A DNA stretch of 64,000 nucleotides from Octopus vulgaris (Eukaryota): contig OX597829.1 in NCBI GenBank assembly GCA_951406725.2, positions 47,802,001-47,866,000 on the forward strand, in the 5' to 3' direction. Each line of letters starts with the position of its first letter. Positions within the stretch are counted from its first letter, which is position 1. Shown piece after piece: positions 13,660 through 26,912 of the stretch. The notes below the pieces were generated by a model that was given only the letters and a program-made list of their open reading frames with translations, ran no database searches and had not been told where the DNA came from. The translations under genes were made by a program, and so were the position numbers.

Positions 13660-14655
13660 TTTGGACGCCCTGGTGAGAGATTACCTGTTTGAAGACGATT
13701 GTGCGCTTGCAGTATTGAATGAACCAGACCTGCAAGAACTTGCCACTTGTCTCGCAGAAGCAGCAAAAACCCTCGGACTGACCATTAGCCTGCGAAAAAC
13801 TGAAGTGATGTTTCAGCCTGTGTACCTGGCCTGACCACCTCCTGAGCCTCAGATTGAGATTGAGGGCACAACTCTGAACCACGTCAAGAGCTTTACGTAC
13901 TTGGGAAGCTGCCTGTCCTCAAACTACAGCATGGACAAAGATGTCTGCATGAGGCTTGCAAAAGCTGGACTTTCGTTTGGCAGACTTTGGACACGTGTGC
14001 GGGCTGAACGAGGCATCAGACTTTCCACCAAGCTGGCCGTTTATAGGGCAGTCGTCATCACCTCTCTGCTCTACGGCTGTGGGACGTGGACGCTGTATAG
14101 GAGGCAAATGCGAGTACTTGACCAGTTCCACCTCCGCTGCTTGCGACGAATCAGGGGAATTTCCTGGGAGGACAGAGTCTCCAACATTGAGGTGCTTCGC
14201 AGAGCCGAAATGCTCGGGATCGAAACTCTCATCATGAAGGCCCATCTCCGGTGGGTCGGACATGTAGTCCGAATGGATGACGCGCGTCTACCAAAGATGA
14301 TCTTCTTCTCTGAGCTGGCTTCTGGTGCAAGAAACCCTGGAAGGCCACTGAGGCGATACAATGACAGCCTGAAAACTTCCCTTGAGGCTTGCGGTATTTC
14401 AGCCCGTGGTTGGGAATCGCTTGCCTCTGACTGCTGCGCCTGGCGTCCAGCTGTCCAAAAGGGTGTTAGGCTGTTCGAGGAAAAACGCCTCAAGAGCCTG
14501 GACCAGAAGCGACAAGCCCGAAAAGAGAGGATCCCCAACCCTATTTCTGCTGTTACGTGCCCAACATGTGGCCGTGTCTGCGCGTCTGCCTTTGGGTTCC
14601 GTTCCCACCTCCGGCGTGACTGATGTCATTGTCGAGCCCCGACGGACTTCCATTA
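13660..14655 (+). mobile_element. RTE-clade (BovB-like) LINE 3' end, 5'-truncated
   Basis: YLFEDDCAL, GLTISLRKTEVM, FTYLGS, LLYGCGTWTLY, LRWVGHVVRMDDARLPK, CPTCGRVC..FRSH. One in-frame stop. Followed by a (TG)n tail. Confidence 0.92.
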
Positions 14656-14685
14656 TATGTGTGTGTGTGTGTGTGTGTGTATGTG

Positions 14686-14724
<39 letters not shown>

Positions 14725-14869
14725 GTGTGTGTACGCACGTTGCACACACACATACACACATACATGCACACACTTTTGGTCGAGAGATACAAAACAGTCA
14801 ATGGTAGAGAGTTTCGTCCATGCCAGTTACGAAAGGTATGTAGTCAATGTATGTACGTATGTATGTAAG

Positions 14870-14995
14870 CGAGGCTGCGTGGTAAGACGTTTGCTTCTTA
14901 ACCAAATGACTCTGGATCCAGTTTCGCTTCGTGACACCTTGAACAATTGTCTTCTGTCACAACCCCGAGTCGGCCAAGGTTTTGTGAAACTCGGA
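14870..14995 (+). mobile_element. SINE family 2 head, old
   Basis: GGCTGCGTGGTAAG...GACACCTTGAACAA similarity to 53660. Confidence 0.65.
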
Positions 14996-15497
14996 TAATT
15001 ACAAAAAAAAAACCTGCAAAAATTATCCTAGTTTTTTTCTTTTATTTTTTTTTTCAACTCACTGTGTGTCGTAGGTAGGTGTATAATGAAAAGTTGAAAA
15101 TTTGCCAATGTTGTATCTCTAGTATGTATGCAGCATGGTCCAAAGAATTCAAATATCCATTCCCAGACAAAACACTGTAAGTCGGCTTACTGTGTTTTGT
15201 CGGAGGGCGGCAGTATAAGTGGGTTGTTATTGAGCAAGTACACGTAGAATGAAAGAATGAAAAAATAAACAACTGGTATCGATTTAGATTATAACATCTA
15301 TACATTCAACATAACTGCTGAGGCATTACAACAGTGTAAAGAAAAAGAAAGGAAGAAGCTGTGCAAATAGCTCTTACAGCTGTTTCAATAACAGATATGC
15401 AGATGGTACGTTTCTCGGCAAATGAAAATAAGCTACCCATATAATAATGTCGGAAGTGATCTCTACTAAAATTCTCTACTATGAATCCACCTTATTT

Positions 15498-15601
15498 TCT
15501 CTCCGAAGATGGAATGGACCGGTGGTGCATGGAGAGCGTATCTTCGTTTGGCTGGGGAAATGCACAATATGCACATCTCTTCCTGAAACAGCTGTAGGAG
15601 A
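15498..15601 (+). ncRNA. Hammerhead motif with long stem II insertion (U4C core)
   Basis: TCTCT-CCGAAGA-tGGAA..~65 nt..TTCCt-GAAA-CAGCTG-TA-GGAGA. Diverged inverted half-copy at ~15371-15404. (TA)n downstream. Confidence 0.65.
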
Positions 15602-15853
15602 CCTTCGTACTTATTTTCTTCTTTCAACATTATTATTACAAATCGGCAATTATCGCATATATATATATATATATGCGATAATCTAACCCAATACCAGTTG
15701 TTTGCTTGTTCGTGCTTTCTTTTTACATATATACGCGCACACACACATACATAGATACATACATACACTTATACGTTCATATATATATAAATAAATGTAT
15801 ATATATAAACACACACATCCGTAAATATATATATGTATATATGTATATGCATG

Positions 15854-15897
<44 letters not shown>

Positions 15898-16279
15898 AAG
15901 TTGTTACTGTTGTGGAGGGGTATCTTTTAATTAGCATTGGGTTTTCTTTCGGAGATTGTGGTTTTGGATTTAATTCCACTAAAGACAATAACCGAAAACA
16001 GAAAAGAAAGAACGAAAATTCAAACAAAAAAATAAATAAATAAATAATAAAATCACCCTTTCTTCTCTCCCTTGGGGTTACTTTATTTTTAAAAAGCAAC
16101 TAAAACAATGCGTCTACGTCAAGAAACATGTGTTAAGCATTTCAAACATTCAGTCGCTATAAATATAAACATTTTCTTAAGACATCTATGCTCTGTTATG
16201 ACTTTTGTTTTTTTTACCTATGTCCCCGTCGCCTCTTTTGTTTCATTTAAATCATTTATCTATCTGTTTTAATCTTTTG

Positions 16280-16316
<37 letters not shown>

Positions 16317-16648
16317 CCTTTGTCTCTTTGACTTGTTTTTTTTTTTCTTTGGAGGGTTTTTTGCTTTCTTTTACTTTTAAGTTCCTTTTTTTTTTTTTAT
16401 ATATATATATATATATATATATTCTGCTTTCGTTATTACCGAGTGTTCAGGTTGTTAGGATTTAATGACATCTGCGTTGCTTGTAATTTATGACTCTAAT
16501 ATAAATCTTTTCTCCCTTTTTCTCTTGACTTTTAAAATCGGGAGTGTAATTATGCTAGTATTTTAAGTATGTAAACTTAGCAGCGCTAAAAATTCCATTT
16601 TGAAAAAAATCCAGTGCGTTACAATTGTTTCGTTTATTTGAGTCCTTT

Positions 16649-16681
<33 letters not shown>

Positions 16682-16859
16682 TTAACAGTGATTTTATTAC
16701 TTGTCATGTTTTGTTGTTTTTTTTTTGAGGTTGTTTTTTTTGTTTTTGTTTTTGTTTATGGCGACACTTTCAAAAATTGCATTTAAATTTCGGTGAGTTG
16801 GTGGTGGAGTAAGGTGTTACAACTTTTGAAAACTTGTTACATTACAAGCAACCTATATA

Positions 16860-18095
16860 AAGCGGTGAGCTGGTAGAACCATTAGCACGCCGGACAAAAT
16901 GCTTAGCGGCATTGAACTCGTTCGTCTTCATGTTCCGAGTTCAAATTCAGTCGAGGTCGACTTTGCCTTTCATTCTTTCGGGGTCAATAAAATAAGTACC
17001 ATTTGAACAATGGAGCTGATGTAATCGATTTATTTCCTCCCTAGAAATTTCAGGCTTTGTGTCAGAATTTGAAACCAATATTATAAGCATACGCCGAGGT
17101 CGACTTTGCCTTTCATCCTTTGTCTGTCCTTGTTTGTCCTCTCTATGTTGGCAATAAAGAAATAAATATTATAAGCACCCTATGGAGGAAACGATCTTGG
17201 TAGAATCGTTAGCCCGTTGGATAAAATGCTTAACGTTATTTCATGCAGTTCTTTGCGGTCTGAGTTCAAATTTTGCCGAGGTCTACTTTTGCCTTTCATT
17301 CTTTTGGTTTCGATTAAATTAAAACCAGTTGAGCACATGTAGCAGTCTTAAAATTGCTGGCCTTGTATCAAACTTCGAATCATTATCATTATGCAATAAT
17401 TTATTATAATGCGGTGAGCTTGCAGAAATGTTAACACGCCGGGCGAAATGCTCAGTGGTATTTCGTCTGCCGTTACGTTCTGAGTTCAAATTCCGCCAGG
17501 TCGACTTTGCCTTTCATCCTTTCGGGGTCGATAAATTAAGTACCAGTTACGCACTGGGGTCAATATGATTGACTTAATCCATTTGTTTGTCCTTGTTTAT
17601 CCCCTCTATGTTTAGCCCCTTGTGGGCAATAAAGAAATAAGAAACGTTAACACGCCGTGCAAAAATACTTACTAACAGTATTTCGTCTGCTGTTACGTTC
17701 TGAGTTCAAATTCTGCTGAGGTCAACTTTGCTTTTCATCCTTTGTTTTTCATCCGTTCATCGATTAAATAAGTACCAGTTACGCACTGAGGTCGATGTAA
17801 TCGACTTAATCCCTCTGTCTGTCCTTGTTTGTCCCCTCTATGTTTAGCCTCCTGTGAGAAATAAAGAAATAACTATATTATTCTAAGGAGTAAGTAAGCT
17901 GGCAGAATCGAGAGCATATCGGACAAAATGCTCAGCAGCATTTTTCCCAATTCTTTACGGTCTGAGTTAAAATCTCGCCGAGGACAGGTCGGTTTCACTT
18001 CTTATCTTTTCGAGGTTGGTAAAATGATTTCTAGTTGAGCACAAGGGACTTACTCACTTTCCCTAGAATCGCTGAGCTGTGTCAATATTTGAAAC
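16860..18095 (+). mobile_element. Cluster of SINE family 1 copies (~6, incl. tandem dimer 17411-17871)
   Basis: Repeated GAGTTCAAATT..GAGGTCGACTTTGCCTTTCATCCTTTCGGGGTCGAT core. Confidence 0.85.
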
Positions 18096-19042
18096 AATGA
18101 AGTAAGCTTTTGACAGTTATTAATTGTCAGCGATGTATTATACATTTACTTCTCGTCCTTTTGCCCAGATCGATTTATATATCATGTTAGTCGTGATACC
18201 AATCTTTATTTCAACAGTGGGCGAAGAGATTAAAAGTGCCGAAACATTGGAATGCTCTGCGTGGCTAACTTGCTTTTGTAGAAGAGTAACTACCTTACGA
18301 ACGACTCTGCGCACGCAGTACGCTTTGACAAAAAAAAATTGTACCACTTAGGTTTTTGTGTGTGTATCTAATATATGTATGTGCATATATTTCGTTTATA
18401 TGTGCTTGCGTGTATACATTCATATAGACACACAATATATATACATACACATACACACAGAGTTGGCCAAAAGTCACCTGTCAGTAAATCAAAACCCATT
18501 CAATTCCAAGTTTAAAACAAAAAAAAAAATTCTATGTGAGACTTCTCTAATAAGTAGAGATATCTTGAAGGAAAAAAACGGTGATTTTAACTCACAGCAT
18601 TCAATTATTAAACATTCATAATTGGAATGAAGAAATGAAATTGGACATTAAATATTTACGGAATCTTGTTTTACTTGCGAGTGACACGCGAGCTCAGACA
18701 AATACACACACACTTGTGTGCGTGTGTGTGTGTATGTGTGTGCGTGTGTGTGTGTGTGTGTACGTGTGTGCAGATGTTATCATCATCATAATCATCGTCA
18801 TCACCATCATCATCAACGCTTTGCCAAAGGAAGGGCTACTCCACGTACGTTCGTTTCAAAGATATCTGCAACAGAGAAGTTAAATCTTTTTTTTACGTTT
18901 GAGCGATGAAAAATTGAAGGAGAAGCTGACGATTGCTCTCGCTGGAGATTGGTATTCAGATAAGAGTTTTCAAGAGTTGAGAGGGGAAACTGAAGATTAC
19001 TGATGAAGAAAAGCAAAATAAATAAATAAATAAATAAAATAA

Positions 19043-19205
19043 ATGCTGGTGTGTTTACGTCCCCGTCCCTTAGCGGTTCGGCAAAACAGACCGATAGAAT
19101 AAGTACTGGGCTTACAAAGAATAAGTCCCGGGGTCGATTTGCTCGACTAAAGGCGTTGCTCCAGCATGGCCACAGTCAAATGACTGAAACAAGTAAAAGA
19201 GAGTA
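19043..19205 (+). mobile_element. SINE family 2, 3' half
   Basis: GCTGGTGTGTTTACGTCCCCG...GACTGAAACAAGTAAAAGAG. Confidence 0.85.
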
Positions 19206-19394
19206 AACAAACAAATAGCGTCAGGACAAAACTGGTGGAGAGGGACCGAAATCACAGCGGCAGAAGCAGCAGCTGAGGCTGTCATGCCGGGTCTGTACAG
19301 TCACAACAAACGGTGTTCTACCAAATACGGCTAAAAAAAACATTTCCGGGCGCAGATCCATGGTTTCGCCCGTATAACAGATATCTTATGTATT

Positions 19395-19617
19395 TTATCT
19401 TTTGCACGTTTCAATCATTACTCTGCGACCATGCATCGATTCCAGTATTTATCTTTTGAAGCCTGGTAATTATTCTATCGGTCTCTTATGCCAAACCGCT
19501 AGCTCACGGGAACGTAATAAAACCAGCACCGGTTGTCAAGCGGTACTGGAGGAGACAAACACTGGCACAATTACACACACACACACATAAATACACACAA
19601 ACACACACACATACATA

Positions 19618-19680
<63 letters not shown>

Positions 19681-19830
19681 GAAGGGTTTCTTCAGGTTTC
19701 CGTTTATCAAATCCACTCACATGGCTTTGGTCGGTCCAAGAATATAGAAGACATTTGCCCAAGGTGCCACGCAATGGGACTGAACATGAAACCATTTGGT
19801 TGGGAAGCACCTTCTAACCACAAGCCACGT
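19395..19830 (-). mobile_element. SINE family 2 with expanded internal microsatellite
   Basis: Reverse-complement similarity to 53660-54076. Confidence 0.8.
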
Positions 19831-19834
19831 CCAA

Positions 19835-19913
<79 letters not shown>

Positions 19914-20109
19914 AACTTTATAAATATAGGGTAAAAATTATCAAATAATTATTTACCAGTGGTTAGTATGCGTAATAAGAGTTAAAAGATATAAATATTT
20001 TTAAATATAATAGTGTATGAAGTATACACGAAGGGAATGTAAGAATATTCTTACATTAAAGAACGTTGATTTGTACGCGAGCAAGACATTCGAGTGAATA
20101 AAACATGGT

Positions 20110-20201
20110 AACCTTATACTTAAGTTTTGTTATTACCGACCAAATAAATCAACTAACAAGATAATTGACTATTTAATCATCCGTAGTTCATCAGTAAGGT
20201 T
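20110..20201 (-). ncRNA. Hammerhead motif (G12A decayed), long stem II
   Basis: AACCTTA-CTGATGA-long hairpin-aAAA-CTTAAG-TA-TAAGGTT. Confidence 0.65.
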
Positions 20202-20488
20202 GCTAATTAAATTCGTAAACGTAAAACTGCAGTGCGTACCGGAAACACAAAGTAAAAAAACATACGCTCTCAGTTCCATATTTATACATCATGGATTTCC
20301 TTCAGAATGCCCCTAAAACAACGTGCGACACCAGAGTAGTATAGCAGTGAATAAATTCGAACGTATACATCTGGCAGAAGAATTTAAATATTTAACTTTA
20401 TAAATATAAGGATAAGACTTATTAAATAATTATTTATCAGTGACAAACATACGTAATAAAAGTCGGAAGATATAAATATTTTTAAATA

Positions 20489-21055
20489 TTGGGTTGTCCG
20501 GAAATTTCGTGCCGATTTTTAAAGGAAAGAAAAAGGTCAATAAATACCTGCCATTACATTTTTAATCAACCAAATATGAACCATTTTGTTGCACAATGCG
20601 TCTCTATCTTTCCTTTAACTTGAAAATACCCTCTTCCCAGAAATGAGGTGGTTTCATGGCAAAGAATTCATCAAGGTATCTTTTTACGTCATCCAAGGAA
20701 TTGAATTTTTTACCATTAAGACTATTCTGCAGAGACCTGAATAAGTGGAAATCCGAAGGAGCAATATCTGGTGAATATGGAGGGTGGGGTAACACATCCC
20801 ATCCGAGCTGCAGCAATTTTTGTCTGGTTCCCAAAGCATCAAGTGCCGAAAATGAACTTTTCTTATCTTCCATTTTAAAGGGTTACACAATTAACACAGG
20901 TTATAGGAACATAAACCTTCTTCCACGAAAAGATAGCTTAAACTGTGCTCTAAATGGAGGTGTAGTCAAATCCTGTTTTATGGATTCAACCATGTTCCAA
21001 AATAAGTCGAAAGGTAAGCTACTATAAATCGGCACGAACTTTCCTGACAACCCAA
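20489..21055 (-). mobile_element. Mariner internal-deletion derivative (567 bp)
   Basis: 30-bp TIRs with 2 mismatches. TA TSD evident against the empty site in PLE copy 1. MEDKKVHFRH N-terminus fused to LGWDVLPHPPYSPDIAPSDFHLF. Confidence 0.93.
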
Positions 21056-21331
21056 TATAATAGTGTATGAAATATACAAGGAGAGAAAACCATCATGTGG
21101 ATTTCTTACATGCTAAAAAGGGCAGTCGAAGCCTAGAACCACGAAAGAATATTCTTACATTAAAGCACGTTGATTTGAGCGCATGTCTTTTCCTGTGACC
21201 GGTGCCACTACGACAAGTAAGCAATGCCCGAATGGCACCCGGTGCCGGCCGGGGATCGAATTGGGGAGAAGCCGACTGGAACAGTTCGGCTCCCCGAGTC
21301 TGTCATCGGGCTCCCGATCGGTACCGTTCGC

Positions 21332-21423
21332 CTTACTGATGAGCTGCGGATGATTAAATAATCAATTAATTATCTTATTAGTTGATTTATTTGGTCAGAA
21401 ATAGCGAAACTTATAAGTATAAG
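21332..21423 (+). ncRNA. Type I hammerhead ribozyme with extended stem II (intact core)
   Basis: CTTA-CTGATGA-GCT..long hairpin..AGC-GAAA-CTTATAAG-TA-TAAG. Confidence 0.75.
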
Positions 21424-21642
21424 TTTTACTATATCTTAATCACTCGAATGTCTTGCTCGCGTACAAATCAACGCACTTTAATGTAAAGAATATTCATTCG
21501 TAGTTTTAGACTTTGACTGCCATCTTTAGCACGTATGAAATCCACATGGTGGTTTTCTCTTCCTGTATGTTTCATACATCATTACATCTATCTATTTATC
21601 TACCTCTCTGTCTGCCTGTCTATCTATCTACCTGTCTGTCCG

Positions 21643-21704
<62 letters not shown>

Positions 21705-21846
21705 GATCTATGTATCTGGCTGTCTGTTTATCTACTTGTCTGTCTGCCTGTCTGTCCATTATCTATCTATTTGTCAATCTATTTATCGATCTATCTTCCT
21801 ATTTTGTTATCTATCTCTCTGTCTGTGTGCCTATTTCGATATCTGT

Positions 21847-21893
<47 letters not shown>

Positions 21894-22462
21894 TATATAC
21901 ATGTACGAATGTATGTATGTACGAATGTATGTATGTATGTATGTATGTATGTATGTACATATGTATGTATGTATGTGTGTGTGTATGTACGCAATATTAT
22001 ATGCATAAACACAAAACTTTCATTTGTTGTTGACTAAGTTCATCAAATGCTTTGTAGCTGTCATGATTCTTATCTTTCCCCATACCCAAGGCTACATTAT
22101 CGATTGTGAACATTTTTTTCTCTCCCCAAGATGGAAATTTCGCATCTATCTCTTGCAGGCTGCAACATAACCATGCCGAGGCTCGCTCGCTCGTTGGTTC
22201 GTAAAGTACTGTCGTGATATTATTAGAGTTCTTACTTTTCGTCACCTAAATGAAAAAAATAATAAATAAATAAATGAACGTTTGCACTCTAAATAAGAGG
22301 GAATATAAATCGTGGTTATTTTACCACAGTTAGACAATTAAGCTAGTCAGCTGTCCAACAGGTGCAAAACTTCTATTGTAGACACGTTCGTTCTTGACAT
22401 GTCTGGAAACTGAATCCTTCTGAAAGACAACCATTTTGGTACGTTATTCCATAACTTACTTA

Positions 22463-22611
22463 CACACACACACACACACACACTAAACACGCACACAAAT
22501 ACATTCATATAAGTTATTCATATGTATGTGTACACACACGCATGCACACACGCATGTCTGTGTGTGTCTGTGTTTTGTGTGTGTGTCTGTGTGTGTGTGT
22601 TTGTGTATGTG

Positions 22612-22646
<35 letters not shown>

Positions 22647-22775
22647 GTGTCTGTGTTTGTGTGTGTGTCTGTGTTTTTGTGTGTGTGTGTCTGTGTATGT
22701 GTGTGTTTTTGTGTGTGTGTCTGTGTTTGTGTGAGTGTGTGTGTCTGTGTTTGTGTGAGTGTGTGTGTCTGTGTT

Positions 22776-22813
<38 letters not shown>

Positions 22814-22860
22814 TGTGTGTGTGTGTGTGTATGTGTGTGTGTGTTTGTGTCTGTTCGTCT
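22463..22860. repeat. (CA)/(TG) degenerate microsatellite
   Basis: Direct reading. Confidence 0.9.
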
Positions 22861-23055
22861 CTCTGTGTGTCTGTATGTAAATGCACTATATACCAAAGAT
22901 CTGTTTCTCAATAGACTTCCAGTCGGCCTTGTAGAAGTTCAGACTGAATAGGATTTGAGTACTATGTGAGTTGAATACATCTTTAATTCATTTGGGATCA
23001 TTCATCGTTAGTTTTAATCATGGTCTGAGAAGATTGTCAGTAGTACCTTCACGTT

Positions 23056-23341
23056 GTGCCGGTGGCACATAAAAAACACCATCCGAACGTGGCCGCTGGC
23101 TGGCTTCTGTGCCGGTGGCACGTTAAAAGCTCCAACCGATCGTGGCCGATGCCGGACCCCCCTGGCACCTATGCAGGTAGCAGGTTAAAATCACCCACTA
23201 CACTCGCGGAGTGGTTGGAGTTAGGAAGGGCATCCAGCTGTAGAAACTCTGCCAGATCAGACTGGATCCTGGTGCAGCCCCTGGCTTCCCAGACCCCGGT
23301 CGAACCGTCCAACCCGTGCTAGCGCGGAAAACGGACGTTAA

Positions 23342-23376
<35 letters not shown>
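23056..23376 (+). mobile_element. SINE 3' part with V-domain-like GGAAGGGCATCCAGC motif and (GAT)n tail
   Basis: Internal TGCCGGTGGCAC repeats; ACGTTAAATGATGATG tail. Confidence 0.7.
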
Positions 23377-23377
<1 letters not shown>

Positions 23378-23628
23378 GTTGGTGAAGCAAATTATCGTTT
23401 GCTCTAAGAACAGCATTTTCGTGATATTCAGCTTGTTTGCAATCCTTGCGTGTCACTCCCGAAATTATGTCGCCTTTGGCCCGTCTGATGTTGGGGAAGA
23501 TAAGATCAACTAAAAGAAGTGCATTAATGCATTGATCCAGCTTTATTGGTATTCTTTTTATCCTTTTAAGCTTTTCCTCAAATTTACCATCGCGATTTAC
23601 GGCATCAGGCGGTCGATATAATATTACC

Positions 23629-23851
23629 CATTTCTTTACTACCCACAAGGGGCTAAACATAGAAGGGACAAACAAGGACAGACAAAGGTATTAAGTCGAT
23701 TACATCGACCCCAGTGCGTAACTGGTACTTAATTTATCGACCCCGAAAGGATGAAAGGTAAAGTCGACCTCGGCGGAATTTGAACTCACAACGTAACGGC
23801 AGACGAAATACCGCTAAGCATTTCGCCCGATGTGCTAACGTTTCTGCCAGC
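23629..23851 (-). mobile_element. SINE family 1, young copy
   Basis: Flanking direct repeat TCGATATAATATTACC at 23613-23628 / 23852-23867. Confidence 0.9.
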
Positions 23852-24603
23852 TCGATATAATATTACCACATCAAGTTGCTTTAAATGCACAATGAGTGTC
23901 TCACAGACTGGGTTTTGACTGTGACTGCAGGATTAAGTGCGTGACATCTTCACGGATGCAACTCCACCAATACTAATTTTTCTTCTGTCTGTACGGAACA
24001 CAACATATATTGGTGTGTACAACTGCGTTTCATTTATGTCTGCAGTAGTATACGACGTTATCGACGAAGACCACGAGTGTGTGTGTCCGTGTGTTATCGA
24101 CGAGGCACGAAGCGGCGATTTCTGTGCACGATATCGAAAGAACGAACCTAAGCTCGCGGTATCGCCCACGTACGCGTGGACGTACCCGCGACCGATGCCG
24201 GAAGAATGTCACGAGATACTTTTCTGTAAGAGCAAGGTACACATGTTTGTTTTTGTTGTTGATTTATAAGAAGTCTCTGATATTTATTAGTAGAATTGGT
24301 GTGATTTATGGATGGCTTCGTGGCCGTCTTGGACCAATTATTTGTGGTTGTATGGTTTAGCGTATGGGTTTACTTAGCTTAGTTTAATTTTTAACCATGA
24401 CAGCGGCTGCACTATCTTTTGTGCCACACGTAAAAACATGCAGCTCTGTGATGGTTCTTCTTTACTGCAGATATGTTATAGGTTATGGGTTTCTTGTGGT
24501 GTGATTTTATTCTGCCATGCTGTCTGATTGGTGATTAGTTATTACCTTTAGCTGCATTGAATTTATGTATATGCATGTATGTATACTTTATGCTTTTATG
24601 CAT

Positions 24604-24689
<86 letters not shown>

Positions 24690-24690
24690 G

Positions 24691-24736
<46 letters not shown>

Positions 24737-24755
24737 TATATTTATATATATATAC

Positions 24756-24828
<73 letters not shown>

Positions 24829-24831
<3 letters not shown>

Positions 24832-25188
24832 ATAAATTCTTTAAACGACACACAATCGCTGATCTCGTATAGAGAAAAACAACTCGTTTTAAATCTCTGA
24901 GCGAGGGATATACAGTAACAGTACCGAATAGTAAAGTTTATATGTCAACGGAATGTGGCAGCCCTATAAAGGACGATGTTACTATTGTTTTAGCCCCAGG
25001 AAAATATCTTAGCCTCAGGAAAACACTTAAGGCTAGAGATGGGAGTGATACATCACAACGCGCGTTTCCACAAATCGCTTGTCTCTTAAGATCACAGCCC
25101 GTATTCCTGGGATGATTACAGTGTAGTCCGTAGTATCCGTGGATATCGGGTTGATCATCTTCATGAATTCATTTCTTCATGCGATATA
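24829..25188 (-). mobile_element. PLE-like 3' end with decayed HHR (25052-25116) and GGGGCTAAA motif (24903-25000)
   Basis: ATCAT-CccAGGA-..-GAAA-CGCGCG-TT-GTGAT. Abuts (TA)n. Confidence 0.55.
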
Positions 25189-25190
25189 CA

Positions 25191-25527
<337 letters not shown>

Positions 25528-25917
25528 GTCACAATACATGTATTAAAGCGCTAATAGTTTCACATGCTGAGAAAACTCGAACATATTCTTCAGCCGCAAA
25601 CCACATATCATAACGAAACGCGATGAAGCTGAGAAGGCAGCATATAGAAAACTCAGACAGTAAAAAACGGAAAACGAAAAACGAAACTAAAGTGTCAAAC
25701 GGTCAAAAGTGCTATCCTTCTTAGGCCTTAAATGTTAAGACTGCAAAGATATCAATTCAGGCAGCATTAGGTGAAATTTTCCAGTTCTTCAGAATATGTT
25801 TATACATATACATGAAACCACTGAAATTTTCTGACCGGATGTTCAAAAGAGAGTTAACGATCTTAGATCTTATCAGGATCTGTGTTCTTTCAGCCAAACA
25901 AAGCCTACACATTGTAC

Positions 25918-25950
<33 letters not shown>

Positions 25951-26066
25951 GTATATATATATATATATATACATATATATATAACAGAAAATGGAGAAAT
26001 ATTGATGAACAACAATTGACTTACATCAATTATTATTTAATAATTCAATACAAAAAGACTGCATCC

Positions 26067-26181
26067 CATCTAACAGCTGTTTCTGGTTCCAATGTTGTAT
26101 GGTATTGGCATTGAAGTGATAACAATATCTATCGTATTTGGTTTAAAATCCCGATCTGAAACATGGAGCTTCATCAGAGTG
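26067..26181 (-). ncRNA. Hammerhead motif with long stem II loop in PLE 3' end (~25983-26181)
   Basis: CACT-CTGATGA-AGCTCCA..~70 nt..TGGAACCA-GAAA-CAGCTG-TT-AGATG. Stems imperfect; ends in (TA)n. Confidence 0.55.
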
Positions 26182-26201
26182 AAGAATAAATAAAAACGAA
26201 G

Positions 26202-26433
26202 GGCAGCGAGCTGGCAGAAACGTTAAGCACGCCGGGCGAAATGCGTAGCCGTATTTCGTCTGCCGTTACGTTCTGAGTTCAAATTCTGCCGAGGTCGGCT
26301 TTGCCTTTCATCCTTTCGGGGGTCGATAAATTAAGTACCAGTTACGCACTGGGGTCGATGTAATCGACTTAATCCGTTTGTCTGTCCTTGTTTGTCCCCT
26401 CTATGTTTAGCCCCTTGTGGGTGATAAAGAAAC
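26202..26433 (+). mobile_element. SINE family 1, full length
   Basis: TSD AGAATAAATAA(A/C)AACGAAG at 26183-26201 / 26434-26452. Confidence 0.92.
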
Positions 26434-26912
26434 AGAATAAATAACAACGAAGAGCCTAGAGAAGAAAAAGGAAAAGTTGAATATGGTTATAATGATACCA
26501 TTTTGCTTGTGTATATCTTTGGGACGTTAAACACTTAACTGAACTCGAAACTATGTGGTTGGGAAGCAAGCTTCTTACCACACACCCACGTTTGCAACTA
26601 TAGAAAGAATTCTTGATCAATTTTTAAAGAAGACAAGATCAACCTTTTTCGAGATGTGGAAGCGATGAAGTATGACTCATCATTTAGCCGACCGCATTAC
26701 TAAAGAAAGTTCAAGATAGGTTTTTTCTTTAGTGTGTCATTAAGAAAGTCTCGCGGATAGCAGTTTGCTCATGACTATTTTAATGCAAATGAATCCGCAG
26801 TATATATTCTGAGCACACGGATTCAAAAACTATGTCGTAGAAGTTGGCAGAAAGTGACAGTTGTTTCAAGACGAAAACAAGGATCATTTTAGGGTTAACG
26901 CATCATAGAGAA

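Larger units (their letters stand above)
19912..21580 (-). mobile_element. PLE tandem-plus-inverted pseudo-LTR array, interrupted by a mariner
   Basis: Copy 1 at 19912-~20201 (-), copy 2 at 20392-21180 (-, split by mariner), inverted copy ~21330-21580 (+). HHR motifs in copy 1 and the inverted copy. Confidence 0.7.
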
